A DNA stretch of 64,000 bases from Candidatus Enterousia sp. (GTDB taxonomy: Bacteria > Pseudomonadota > Alphaproteobacteria > Rs-D84). Position 1 is the stretch's first letter; each line of letters opens with the position of its first letter. The position numbers and the translations under genes were made by a program. A model generated the notes under the pieces. It was given only the letters and a program-made list of their open reading frames with translations, was not told where the DNA came from and ran no database searches. Of the stretch, positions 30,276 through 39,845 are shown in pieces. The stretch is from assembly GCA_045587125.1 (NCBI GenBank), contig JAZNBN010000020.1, forward strand, positions 1,796 to 65,795, in the 5' to 3' direction.

Positions 30276-30961
30276 GCAATATCACCATTTTTGTTGTCGG
30301 GTGTGGAATTTAAATCAATCAATTTATATCCGTGGCCCCGTATTGTTACTATATCTATATTGGATAATACTATATTTAATTTCTGACGCAAGCGTTTTGC
30401 GACCATTGGTGCCGCAGATACAATATTGCCCACAGGATGTGTCAAAGATTGCAGTAATCTTTTTTCTTCGCCGGACAGTGTTAATAACCGTGATTCATCA
30501 GAATTTTTAACAAAGAATTCATTATCTATAAGTGCCAAACCATGCGGCATTTTGTTGTCAGACAGTGGACTGGATTTTATTATATTGTTTAATCGTAAAA
30601 TTAATTCACGTATTTGAAATGGTTTTGCCAGATAATCGTTCGCACCATTTGCCAACCCGTCAATAGTATTTTCTGCCCCTGTCATTGCGGTCAGCATTAA
30701 TACAGGTGTTTGATTCCCACTTGCACGGATTGTTTTTAAAAACGTTAATCCATCCATGCCAACCATCATTCTGTCCAGAATAATTGCATCAACCGATATG
30801 CGGTCCAGAACTTTAAATGCGTCTTCGGCAGATTTTGATGTAATGATATTAAAATTATCTGTGCGTAACCCTTTGGCCAAGGCGTTGCGTAAGATATCAT
30901 CATCGTCAATAATTAAAACAGTTCTTTTCATTGGCGTTATAGGTTGTTTGTCAGCAATCAT
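30272..30961 (-). CDS. OmpR-family response regulator
   Basis: IIDDD, ILDRMM, MLTA, DYLAKPF, TIRGHGY. Confidence 0.92.
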   Translation of the reverse strand: MIADKQPITPMKRTVLIIDDDDILRNALAKGLRTDNFNIITSKSAEDAFKVLDRISVDAIILDRMMVGMDGLTFLKTIRASGNQTPVLMLTAMTGAENTIDGLANGANDYLAKPFQIRELILRLNNIIKSSPLSDNKMPHGLALIDNEFFVKNSDESRLLTLSGEEKRLLQSLTHPVGNIVSAAPMVAKRLRQKLNIVLSNIDIVTIRGHGYKLIDLNSTPDNKNGDIA

Positions 30962-30991
30962 TTGTTACGGACAATGAAATACTGACGGTGT

Positions 30992-31909
30992 TTATCTTCT
31001 TAATGGCTCAACAGCGTATTCGCCAGGTTGAATTGCTAGTGCGTTACCTTCTATGTCACCGTTGGCGACAGCACGGAATTGCATGCTGCCCGGTGCAAAT
31101 TCTGTTTTGAACAGTGCATAACCTGTGGCACCACCTGTTGTTGGTCCCTGCATCCCCAGCGAGTAATAACCACCCAGGATGCCGTAATCCAAGTCAATAT
31201 AATCAATGCTTAGTATCAGGGATATACTGCTGATACCATCACTGGTCATATTGCATGCAAATTCACGATTGGATAATAACGCTTCGGAATTTACAGGAAC
31301 AACAATATCCATAATTGTTGGTTCGCATTTGCGTTCAATACCGTTTACCAAGAAATCATATGTCATACCAACAGTCGCCTTGGATAATCCAGTAGTTAGA
31401 CTGACCTGAGAAATTGTGGCCTTGGGTATTTTGACCATTGCATTTGCGATGCCACTGCGTACCGGGAAAGAAAGCCCAGATTGCAGGCAATCACGTGAAA
31501 ATGGGTCTGCTTCACAGATAAATACACGAGAATGTGCATTCATCATGAACATATTAGACAGGCTGTTAAACAAGAATGTACGTGTTATTCTGTCATTCAG
31601 ACGTGTGCAACCAAAGTTACGGCATATAACCATTGGACGATTTGCAAACATGACCCCAGGATGCATGTCTGATTCCATCGTACGCATGTATTCTATGTTT
31701 TCATCATAGTTAAAACTGTCATCACGTTGCATAAATTCGTTTTCAGGAATAAAATTCGGATCATCCGGGTATGCATAATAAGATTGCACAGGTGTTTCTG
31801 TGTAAATTGTTTCATGTGTTGTGTACATCATCATGTCTTGGGCATATTGTCCGTACGCCGCAAAAGTGCACAAAACTGCGAAAATTGGTAAAAAAATCTT
31901 TTTATACAT
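30992..31909 (-). CDS. Secreted hypothetical protein
   Basis: Signal peptide MYKKIFLPIFAVLCTFAAYG; Cys pairs. Confidence 0.7.
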   Translation of the reverse strand: MYKKIFLPIFAVLCTFAAYGQYAQDMMMYTTHETIYTETPVQSYYAYPDDPNFIPENEFMQRDDSFNYDENIEYMRTMESDMHPGVMFANRPMVICRNFGCTRLNDRITRTFLFNSLSNMFMMNAHSRVFICEADPFSRDCLQSGLSFPVRSGIANAMVKIPKATISQVSLTTGLSKATVGMTYDFLVNGIERKCEPTIMDIVVPVNSEALLSNREFACNMTSDGISSISLILSIDYIDLDYGILGGYYSLGMQGPTTGGATGYALFKTEFAPGSMQFRAVANGDIEGNALAIQPGEYAVEPLRR

Positions 31910-32044
31910 GGTATGACCTTTGGTTCTCTCGTACAAATCTTAGAACATTTTAGATAATTGTGTCAAAACAAAAATATTTTTATTGAAATTTATGTCTGGT
32001 TTGTTCTAACGTATGGGCATAAATAAGAAAAGAAAGGTGTTGTA

Positions 32045-32704
32045 ATGGTTGATATTGTAATATCTGGTGATGCTGGTAAATTACATGCGGTTTATCATAA
32101 ATCTGCCCAAGAGGCGGCTCCGTTGGCGGTTATATTGTCCGGCAACCCAAGACAAAAGTATCATATGAATGATCGTGTGTCGTATGCAATGTTTCGTGCA
32201 TTTATGGATATTGGTTTTTCTGTTGTTCGTTTTAACTATCGTGGTGTCGGGGATTCCGAAGGTACGATTGGGACAACTGCGGATAACATGTTAGATATCG
32301 CAACGGTTATTGATTGGATTCAAAATCATAATGAAGACAGTGATAAAATATGGTTGGCCGGGCATCAGTTGGGTTGTTGGTATGTATTACAGGCAATGAT
32401 GCGTAGACCAGAAGTGTCTGGATTTGCGTTGGTGTCACCTGATGCGTCTGTGTCTGATTATGCGTTTTTATCACCACGTCCAAATCGTGGGTTGTTGTTA
32501 CAGGGTGCAAATGAAACAGATGATGCACGTGCGTTCGCAACGCACTTAACCCAGATTTTGAAAAAACAGGCACAAATTGATTTGGAAACTATTCGTGTCA
32601 AAGGTGCAGATGCTTCGTACGGTCAACCCGCAGATTTGCGTCAAATGTATAATGATTTAAAGGCCTATGTTGGTCGTGAAAATGCAGAAGACAAGTTGTT
32701 ATAA
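32045..32704 (+). CDS. Alpha/beta hydrolase-fold protein with degenerate catalytic triad
   Basis: RFNYRGVGDSEG, MMRRPEV, YAFLSP match the small alphaproteobacterial hydrolase family; nucleophile elbow reads GHQLG. Confidence 0.82.
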   Translation: MVDIVISGDAGKLHAVYHKSAQEAAPLAVILSGNPRQKYHMNDRVSYAMFRAFMDIGFSVVRFNYRGVGDSEGTIGTTADNMLDIATVIDWIQNHNEDSDKIWLAGHQLGCWYVLQAMMRRPEVSGFALVSPDASVSDYAFLSPRPNRGLLLQGANETDDARAFATHLTQILKKQAQIDLETIRVKGADASYGQPADLRQMYNDLKAYVGRENAEDKLL

Positions 32705-32707
32705 GTA

Positions 32708-33697
32708 ATGATGAACAAAGAACGTTTTTTAGATGCAAATATACCAGATGATATGGCGGCAACAATTCGTCCACGCAGTTTGTCTGATTTTATTGGACAT
32801 GACAGTTTGAAACAGAATTTGTCTGTGTTTATATCTGGTGCACGCAATCGTGGCGAATCGATGGACCATGTGTTGTTGTATGGTCCCCCAGGGTTGGGAA
32901 AAACAACGTTGGCACATATTGTTGCAAATGAATTGGGCACTAATTTCCGTGCAACGGCTGCACCAATGTTGACCAAGCAAGGTGATTTGGCAGCAATATT
33001 AACTGCGCTGGAACCAATGGATGTATTGTTCATAGATGAAATTCATCGTTTGCCGACTGCAATAGAAGAAGTATTGTATTCTGCAATGGAAGATTTTAAA
33101 TTGGATATCATGTTGGGCGAAGGGCCCAGTGCAAAAAGTGTGCGTATCGACCTGCCCCCGTTTACATTGGTGGGTGCAACAACGCGTACAGGGTTGCTAT
33201 CAAATCCATTGCGTGACAGGTTTGGTATTGATTTACGTTTAACATTCTATTCCCCCGAAGATTTGGCAAAAATTATTATGCGAAGTGCTAATATTTTGGG
33301 AACGCCGATTGATAATGATGGGGCACTGATGCTGGCAAAATCTGCACGTGGAACACCGCGTATTGCAAACAGATTATTAAAGCGTGCACGTGATTTTGCA
33401 GGGGCGTTGGGAAAAAATCAGATAACAGCCGATACAATTAAAACAACATTGGTACAATTGCATATTGATGAATGTGGATTGGACGAAATTGACCGTGAAT
33501 ATATGAATATGATTGTAAAGTTTTATGCAGGTGGTCCAGTTGGAATTGAAAATTTGGCGGCTGCACTGTCTGAGCCCAGTGATACAATTGAAGATGTTAT
33601 TGAACCTTATTTGATGCAGTTGGGCTTTGTTCAACGTACCCCACGTGGACGTGTTATTACCGATGCAGGTTATAAGCATTTAGGGCTGGAAAAATAA
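32708..33697 (+). CDS. ruvB: Holliday junction helicase RuvB
   Basis: [47 protein letters not shown]. Confidence 0.98.
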   Translation: MMNKERFLDANIPDDMAATIRPRSLSDFIGHDSLKQNLSVFISGARNRGESMDHVLLYGPPGLGKTTLAHIVANELGTNFRATAAPMLTKQGDLAAILTALEPMDVLFIDEIHRLPTAIEEVLYSAMEDFKLDIMLGEGPSAKSVRIDLPPFTLVGATTRTGLLSNPLRDRFGIDLRLTFYSPEDLAKIIMRSANILGTPIDNDGALMLAKSARGTPRIANRLLKRARDFAGALGKNQITADTIKTTLVQLHIDECGLDEIDREYMNMIVKFYAGGPVGIENLAAALSEPSDTIEDVIEPYLMQLGFVQRTPRGRVITDAGYKHLGLEK

Positions 33698-33702
33698 TTA
33701 GC

Positions 33703-34311
33703 ATGGAAAATATTGTTGATTTCTTTGAAATTGCAGAAAAATTGGAATGCGAATATCGTCTGACACGAATGAGTGATGGTACGCCTCAATCGGTTGCGTC
33801 ACATTCGTGGAATATGGCGATGATGGCGATGGTCTTAAAACCATATCTGAAAAATCCAGTAAATATGGAACGTGTGTACGAATTGTGTTTGTTGCATGAT
33901 TTGCCTGAGGCAATTGCACACGACGTGCCACTGCATAAACAAACAGATGTTGTACGTGCACAAAAACATGTGAATGAATGTGCAGCAATTGGTCAGATTG
34001 TAGATTTGTTAAAAAGTGATGAAATTCGTACGCGATTCAATGAATATGATATACGCGAAAGCTATGAATCAAAACTGGTCAAGGCGTTGGATGTTCTGGA
34101 TACGGCGGTTCAACATATGTGTGCCAAAGATTTGTCGTATATTGGTGAATATGCAGATAATTTTTATTGGAAAATGTTTTTTAGCAATGATTTTGCCAAA
34201 ATGTTTGATTTTGAACCTGCTGTACGGGGTGTCTTTGATGTTATTAAACAGCGTGTCGCAGAAAGGTTGAAATGTGAGTTAGATATAGATGTGGGGGATT
34301 TTGTAAAATGA
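33703..34311 (+). CDS. HD-domain phosphohydrolase (YfbR/HDDC2-like)
   Basis: SVASHSWNM, LHDLPE, KALDVLD. Confidence 0.8.
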   Translation: MENIVDFFEIAEKLECEYRLTRMSDGTPQSVASHSWNMAMMAMVLKPYLKNPVNMERVYELCLLHDLPEAIAHDVPLHKQTDVVRAQKHVNECAAIGQIVDLLKSDEIRTRFNEYDIRESYESKLVKALDVLDTAVQHMCAKDLSYIGEYADNFYWKMFFSNDFAKMFDFEPAVRGVFDVIKQRVAERLKCELDIDVGDFVK

Positions 34312-34682
34312 AAGTACATAAATTTCCATTTACAATTGCATATGCCGATACAGATGCCGAAGGCATAGTTTATCATGCACGATATCTGGAAATTGCAGAG
34401 CGTGCCCGTATGAATTGGTTGCGGGGACATATGTTTAATGGTGATGATATTGGTTTTGTTGTACGTGAATTAAATATAAAATATTTACAACCACTTAGGG
34501 CGGCTGATGAGTGTGTGGTTGAAACGGTTTTAACGGATGTTGGAATGGCGTCTGTTCGTGTCGAACAAAAAGTTATGAAAGATAATCAAATTTGTGCTAT
34601 AATAAATCTTAAGGTTGCGTATTTGGGTGCAGATATGCGTCCAAAGCAGATACCACAGGATTTTATACAGCAGTTGGTGTAA
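34308..34682 (+). CDS. ybgC: YbgC/FadM acyl-CoA thioesterase
   Basis: YADTDAEGIVYHARYL..ERAR; located upstream of tolQ. Confidence 0.88.
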   Translation: MKVHKFPFTIAYADTDAEGIVYHARYLEIAERARMNWLRGHMFNGDDIGFVVRELNIKYLQPLRAADECVVETVLTDVGMASVRVEQKVMKDNQICAIINLKVAYLGADMRPKQIPQDFIQQLV

Positions 34683-34711
34683 AAAAAACAAAGCAAAAGG
34701 AAGGAAAAATC

Positions 34712-35200
34712 ATGGAAAATAATTTTTCATTATTAAATTTATTTATGAGTGATCTGATGACATTTATTGTGTCGGTTGTATTGGTGGTGTTTAGTGTGTT
34801 GTCGTGGACGATAATTGTTGAAAAAATTCGTTTGTGGCATATGGTAAAAAGAAATCCAATTATGGTTGCGGATACTGATAATCTGGATACAGTTGCAGAT
34901 GTAAAAGTGCGTCCTTTTGATAAAAATTTGTGGTTTTTGTCTATGGTGGCATATATTTCGCCTTTTATTGGTCTGTTTGGTACTGTGTGGGGCGTTATGG
35001 ATTCTTTTGCGTCAATTGGCGTAAATCAATCGGTCAGTATCGGTGTTATTGCACCAGGTTTGGCGGTGGCACTGGGTACAACTGCGTTGGGGTTAATTGC
35101 GGCAATACCTGCGGCAATCGCCCAGCAGATTTTTGCCAAAAAAGCAGATGATTTGTACGATAGATTGGTGGCCGAAGTTCGTAATAAAAAACGTTTCTAA
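34712..35200 (+). CDS. tolQ: TolQ/ExbB proton-channel protein (short form)
   Basis: SPFIGLFGTVWGVMDSF, APGLAVALGTTALGLIAAIPA. Confidence 0.88.
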   Translation: MENNFSLLNLFMSDLMTFIVSVVLVVFSVLSWTIIVEKIRLWHMVKRNPIMVADTDNLDTVADVKVRPFDKNLWFLSMVAYISPFIGLFGTVWGVMDSFASIGVNQSVSIGVIAPGLAVALGTTALGLIAAIPAAIAQQIFAKKADDLYDRLVAEVRNKKRF

Positions 35201-35220
35201 GATTAAAAGAGGTTCTAAGA

Positions 35221-35619
35221 ATGTCCAGATTCAGACGCAGACAATCAGATGGTGGGATTCAATTAACACCAATGATTGACGTTATGACAGTGTTGTTGGC
35301 TGTGTTTATGGTTACAACACCTATGATGACCACGGGTATTGATTTAGAGTTGCCGCGTGCGGGTGTGTCTGCGATGACGGGTGCAGATCATGCAATTCAG
35401 ATAAGTGTGGATTCCAAAGGGAATTATTATCTGGCGGATACGCAATTATCACGTGACGAAATTGTAAAACGTGCAATTGCAATGCGTGGCGAAAATCCGG
35501 CATTGACCATAATGATAAGTGGTGATGCACATGCTGATTATGGTGCGGTTATGTCTATGATGGGTAAATTAAAAGATTCAGGTTTTCAAAAGGTTGGATT
35601 GCGGACCCGGCCGGAGTAA
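35221..35619 (+). CDS. tolR: TolR/ExbD
   Basis: LTPMIDVMTVLLAVFMVTTP, YGAVMSMMGKLKDSG. Confidence 0.88.
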   Translation: MSRFRRRQSDGGIQLTPMIDVMTVLLAVFMVTTPMMTTGIDLELPRAGVSAMTGADHAIQISVDSKGNYYLADTQLSRDEIVKRAIAMRGENPALTIMISGDAHADYGAVMSMMGKLKDSGFQKVGLRTRPE

Positions 35620-35622
35620 TAG

Positions 35623-36384
35623 ATGCAAAAAAAATGGTGGAAACAATTTTCGGCGGAAAATTTATTGATGTCTGTTTGTGGGCATTTGTTTTTGGTGGCG
35701 ATAATTGTTACTTCGGTGGCTTTTTTTGTGGAACGTACAAAATTGGTTGCACCAGACAGAATCCAAATTGTTGAAATTGATTTAGATGATGTTACTGTTT
35801 CCGGCAAAGAAACAAAACTGTATAATATTTCTGAGACCAAGGCGGAAAAACCAAAACCAGAACCAAAAAAAGAAGAAGTAAAACCAAAACCAGAACCAAA
35901 GGCAGAAGAACCTAAGAAAGAAATAGATGCAACATCTTTGGTAGAAGAAGAAAAGAAAGAAGAAAAAAAAGAAGAAGTGATTGAAAAAAAGCCTGAACAG
36001 AAACCAGAACCAACACCAAAGAAAAAGCGGGTTGTTCGGGTAAATCGTGAAGTTTTATCAATTGATAGAAAATTGACTGTATCTGTGGTTGATGCGTTAC
36101 GTGTTGCAATGACGCGTTGTTGGAATATTGATACAACGCGTCCTGATATCGCGGATATTCGGGCGGTTGCACATTTAACAATGTCAAGAAATGGAACCGT
36201 TCAAAGATTATGGTTTGAATCCGAGGCGTTGGCTGAAACAGATTCTGCATTTGCATATGTCTTAGACACCATACGTGAGGCGATTTCTGTATGTCAACCG
36301 TTTAAAATGTTGCCTGTTGATGAATATGAAGATTGGCGACAGATTCAATTGAATTTCTATCCGACCCAAGGCAAAGTTATGTAA
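35623..36384 (+). CDS. tolA: TolA-like energy transducer
   Basis: N-terminal TM with SxxxH, E/K/P-rich linker, C-terminal CWN..AISVCQPF..W..I.LNF.P; follows tolQR. Confidence 0.78.
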   Translation: MQKKWWKQFSAENLLMSVCGHLFLVAIIVTSVAFFVERTKLVAPDRIQIVEIDLDDVTVSGKETKLYNISETKAEKPKPEPKKEEVKPKPEPKAEEPKKEIDATSLVEEEKKEEKKEEVIEKKPEQKPEPTPKKKRVVRVNREVLSIDRKLTVSVVDALRVAMTRCWNIDTTRPDIADIRAVAHLTMSRNGTVQRLWFESEALAETDSAFAYVLDTIREAISVCQPFKMLPVDEYEDWRQIQLNFYPTQGKVM

Positions 36385-36416
36385 AAAAATATGCACAATA
36401 TGTGCATATTTTTGTT

Positions 36417-36735
36417 TCAGATTCACATGTAAGCCGGGTTCTGTTCTGCCGTTCCCAGTATAATGATTTATACCAAATAACGGTAGTGGACATGATTAAT
36501 CTGCATATTGCATTACTGCATATGTCAAGCCTTCTACCCGCCCCCGATGCGGGACACATATATGGGGGCCTATTTGAAGTTGCTGCACGTAGAGATTGCC
36601 CGTTTCACCCGAATTTAATCGTATCGTCACTGTTGCTCTAATCGTCAGGTCACCCTGCCCGGTATATTAGCCGGTACGCTGTCCCGTGCAGCCCGGACTT
36701 TCCTCTGATTGCTCAGCCATGTCCCGTGCTTCTGA
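36417..36735 (-). ncRNA. rnpB: RNase P RNA (compact)
   Basis: Minus strand GAGGAAAGTCCGGGC (CR I), GCAACAG, GGGTGAAA, and ACAGAACCCGGCTTA (CR V); P1 tcaga/tctga. Confidence 0.93.
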
Positions 36736-36786
36736 TGTATGGTATAATATCACGAATTTGTGTGATTTCAATATGTTTGTGTGGTA

Positions 36787-37002
36787 TTAGTGTTTTTCGC
36801 CCATATGTTTTGCTGAGGTTAATGCGTGCCGCAGTGCTTGTTCCGCAATTTTACGAATTTTTGGGGCAAATGTTCGCATGTTCATTGTATCAGCAACGGC
36901 TTTTCCAAAAATATGGGATATATATTCTATTTGTGTCGGTGCAATAACAAAAACTTCGCTGGTTATATCGTCTGTATTTAGTGTTTGTACTGGTTCGCGC
37001 AT
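36787..37002 (-). CDS. Small hypothetical protein
   Basis: 71-aa ORF with SD ggaga, in an otherwise empty intergenic region. Confidence 0.5.
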   Translation of the reverse strand: MREPVQTLNTDDITSEVFVIAPTQIEYISHIFGKAVADTMNMRTFAPKIRKIAEQALRHALTSAKHMGEKH

Positions 37003-37154
37003 GATAATTATCTCCCGTTTTTATGCATATATGAATATTTTTGTGTTTTTTAGCACTTGTTTAATGTTACATTCATCATTATATCATAAAGTAACTTGAC
37101 CGCAAGTTACAAAATTGCTATAAATCTTTTGATAAAAGTAAGGAAGTGTACGAA

Positions 37155-39764
37155 ATGAAAAATATTATTGGTAAATTATTAGGGTCTGCAAATGACAGAT
37201 TGGTAAAAAGTTATAATAAAACGGTTTCTTTGATAAATGATTTAGAACCAAAATATCACGCAATGTCTGATGAAGAATTACGCAGTCAAACAGATGTTTT
37301 GCGTGCAAAATTGGCGGCGGGTGCGTCTGAAAAAGATATTTTGCCAGATGCATTTGCTGTGGTACGTGAAGCATCCATTCGTACAATTGGTTTGCGACAC
37401 TTTGACGTTCAAATGATTGGGGGAATGGTTCTGAATAATGGTCAGATTTCAGAAATGAAAACCGGTGAAGGTAAAACATTGGTCGCAACATTGGCAATGT
37501 ATTTAAAGGCGTTGCATGGCAAGGGTGCACATTTGATTACTGTGAATGATTATTTGGCATCTCGTGATGCGATGTGGATGGGGGCAATTTATAAATTTTT
37601 AGGTATGTCGGTTGGTATTATTCAACATGATATGACGGACGAAGAAAGACGTGAAATGTATGCATGTGATATAACATATGTGACTAATTCAGAATTGGGT
37701 TTTGATTATCTGCGTGATAATATGAAGTTTTCAAAACAACAACAGGTTTTGCGTCCTTTCTTTTATGCGATTGTTGACGAAGTGGACAGTATTTTAATTG
37801 ACGAGGCACGTACACCTTTGATTATTTCAGGACCTGCAGAAGATACCAGTGAACTGTATAACAAAGTAGATAGTGTTGTTGCACAATTTAAAGATTCTGA
37901 TTTCAAAAAAGATGAAAAAGACAGACATGTAACACTAACAGAAAGTGGCGTTGATACGGCAACAAATTTATTAAAAGAAGCCGGTTTGTTGATTGGTGAT
38001 AATTTATATGCGTCTGAAAATGCAGCATTGGTTATGCATATTCAGCAATCTTTGTTGGCACACCACTTGTACCAGAAAAATGTAAATTATGTGGTACGTA
38101 ATGGCGAAATATTGATTGTTGATGAATTTACAGGACGTGTTATGTCGGGCCGCAGATTCGGCAAAGGATTGCATCAGGCAATCGAGGCCAAAGAACATGT
38201 AACAGTTCAGCCTGAAAATCAGACAGTGTCCAGTATTTCTTATCAGAATTTGTTCCGTTTGTACCCTACTTTGTCTGGTATGACTGGGACTGCTATGACC
38301 GAGGCGGCGGAATTTGAAGAAATATATAAATTGCGTGTCGTGTCAATCCCAACAAATCGTCCGGTTGCACGTGTTGATCATCATGATGAAATATATCGCA
38401 ACAAAGAAGAAAAATATAATGCGATATTAAAACAGATTGCGGATTGTGTTGAACGTAAACAGCCTGTGTTGGTTGGAACGGTTTCTATTGAAAAATCAGA
38501 AGAATTGGCGGCGGTTGTTCGTAAAACATTGGGTATTGATCCGGCGGTTTTGAATGCAAAACACCATGAATCCGAAGCAAAAATTGTTGCGCAGGCAGGT
38601 GCACCGGGGGCGGTGACAATTGCGACAAATATGGCCGGTCGTGGTACTGATATTAAACTGGGTGGAAATGCCGAAGAATTGATTGCAGAATTAGATGCAA
38701 ATGCCCCAGATTATGAAGACAAAAAGAAAGAAATCTATTCCAGAATAGAAGCCCAAAAGAGACAAGTTTTGGATGCGGGTGGATTGTATGTTATCGGTAC
38801 GGAACGTCATGAATCGCGTCGTATTGATAATCAGTTGCGTGGACGTTCCGGTCGTCAAGGTGACCCAGGTGATTCAAAGTTCTTTTTGGCATTGGATGAT
38901 GATTTAATGCGTATTTTTGGTGCGTCTAGATTGCAGGGAATGTTGACGACATTGGGATTGAAACCAGGTGAAGCAATCACTCACCCATGGATTACCAAGG
39001 CTTTGGAAAAGGCACAAAAACGTGTAGAGGCACGATATTTTGAGGCACGTAAAGAATTGCTGAAATATGATGACGTTATGAATGAACAACGTGGCGTTAT
39101 TTATAAACAGCGTGATGATTTAATGGTGTCCAAAGATTTAACTCAATTGGCACATGAAATGATTGGGGATGTTGTTGAAATTATTTGTGAAAACAGTATC
39201 CCAGAAAAAGCATTGCCTGCGGATTGGAATTTGGATGCAATTCATAATGCGATGATGCGTGTGTTTGCGTTGGATATCACAGATATTGAAAAATGGAAAT
39301 CAGATGAAAAAATTACAGAACGCAAAGCATACGATACATTGTTAAGTTTGGCAATGCGTAGATATTCAACCCAGGCGACAAAGTATGGCCCAGAATTGAT
39401 GCAAATGGCATCAAGACAGATGATGTTGGGTGCTTTGGATGCAGTATGGAAAAAGCATTTGCAACAGATGGATTATCTGCAAAGTGCAATTGGATTGCGT
39501 GGTTATGCCCAGAAAAATCCACTTTATGAATATAAACGTGAAGCATTGGAATTGTTTAAAAATACGGTAAATAATTTCAAAATAATGTCGATTTCTTATA
39601 TTTGTCGTATGGAATTGACACGTGAAGATGTTGCTGCAACAGAAGCAGAACGTACAAAACACGATGAAAGATTAAATCAAGCCACAGGTAATGAACGTCG
39701 TAATTCGCCATGTCCATGTGGTTCTGGGTTAAAGTTTAAGCATTGTTGTGGCAAATTAAACTGA
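37155..39764 (+). CDS. secA: Preprotein translocase SecA
   Basis: MKTGEGKT, DEVDSILIDEARTPLIISG, ATNMAGRGTDI, QLRGRSGRQGDPG, C-terminal CPCGSG SEC-C motif. Confidence 0.98.
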   Translation: MKNIIGKLLGSANDRLVKSYNKTVSLINDLEPKYHAMSDEELRSQTDVLRAKLAAGASEKDILPDAFAVVREASIRTIGLRHFDVQMIGGMVLNNGQISEMKTGEGKTLVATLAMYLKALHGKGAHLITVNDYLASRDAMWMGAIYKFLGMSVGIIQHDMTDEERREMYACDITYVTNSELGFDYLRDNMKFSKQQQVLRPFFYAIVDEVDSILIDEARTPLIISGPAEDTSELYNKVDSVVAQFKDSDFKKDEKDRHVTLTESGVDTATNLLKEAGLLIGDNLYASENAALVMHIQQSLLAHHLYQKNVNYVVRNGEILIVDEFTGRVMSGRRFGKGLHQAIEAKEHVTVQPENQTVSSISYQNLFRLYPTLSGMTGTAMTEAAEFEEIYKLRVVSIPTNRPVARVDHHDEIYRNKEEKYNAILKQIADCVERKQPVLVGTVSIEKSEELAAVVRKTLGIDPAVLNAKHHESEAKIVAQAGAPGAVTIATNMAGRGTDIKLGGNAEELIAELDANAPDYEDKKKEIYSRIEAQKRQVLDAGGLYVIGTERHESRRIDNQLRGRSGRQGDPGDSKFFLALDDDLMRIFGASRLQGMLTTLGLKPGEAITHPWITKALEKAQKRVEARYFEARKELLKYDDVMNEQRGVIYKQRDDLMVSKDLTQLAHEMIGDVVEIICENSIPEKALPADWNLDAIHNAMMRVFALDITDIEKWKSDEKITERKAYDTLLSLAMRRYSTQATKYGPELMQMASRQMMLGALDAVWKKHLQQMDYLQSAIGLRGYAQKNPLYEYKREALELFKNTVNNFKIMSISYICRMELTREDVAATEAERTKHDERLNQATGNERRNSPCPCGSGLKFKHCCGKLN

Positions 39765-39845
39765 TACGTATTGTGTGCGTATGTTTGTGGGTTATGATGT
39801 CCGCCAAAATGGCGGACCAATGAAAGGTAAAGGATTTAAGGGGTC

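Noticed and set aside
39797-39818. Hairpin gtccgcc-aaaat-ggcggac between secA and dnaE
   Set aside because: It has no U-tract or other supporting motif; it may be a simple stabilising hairpin.
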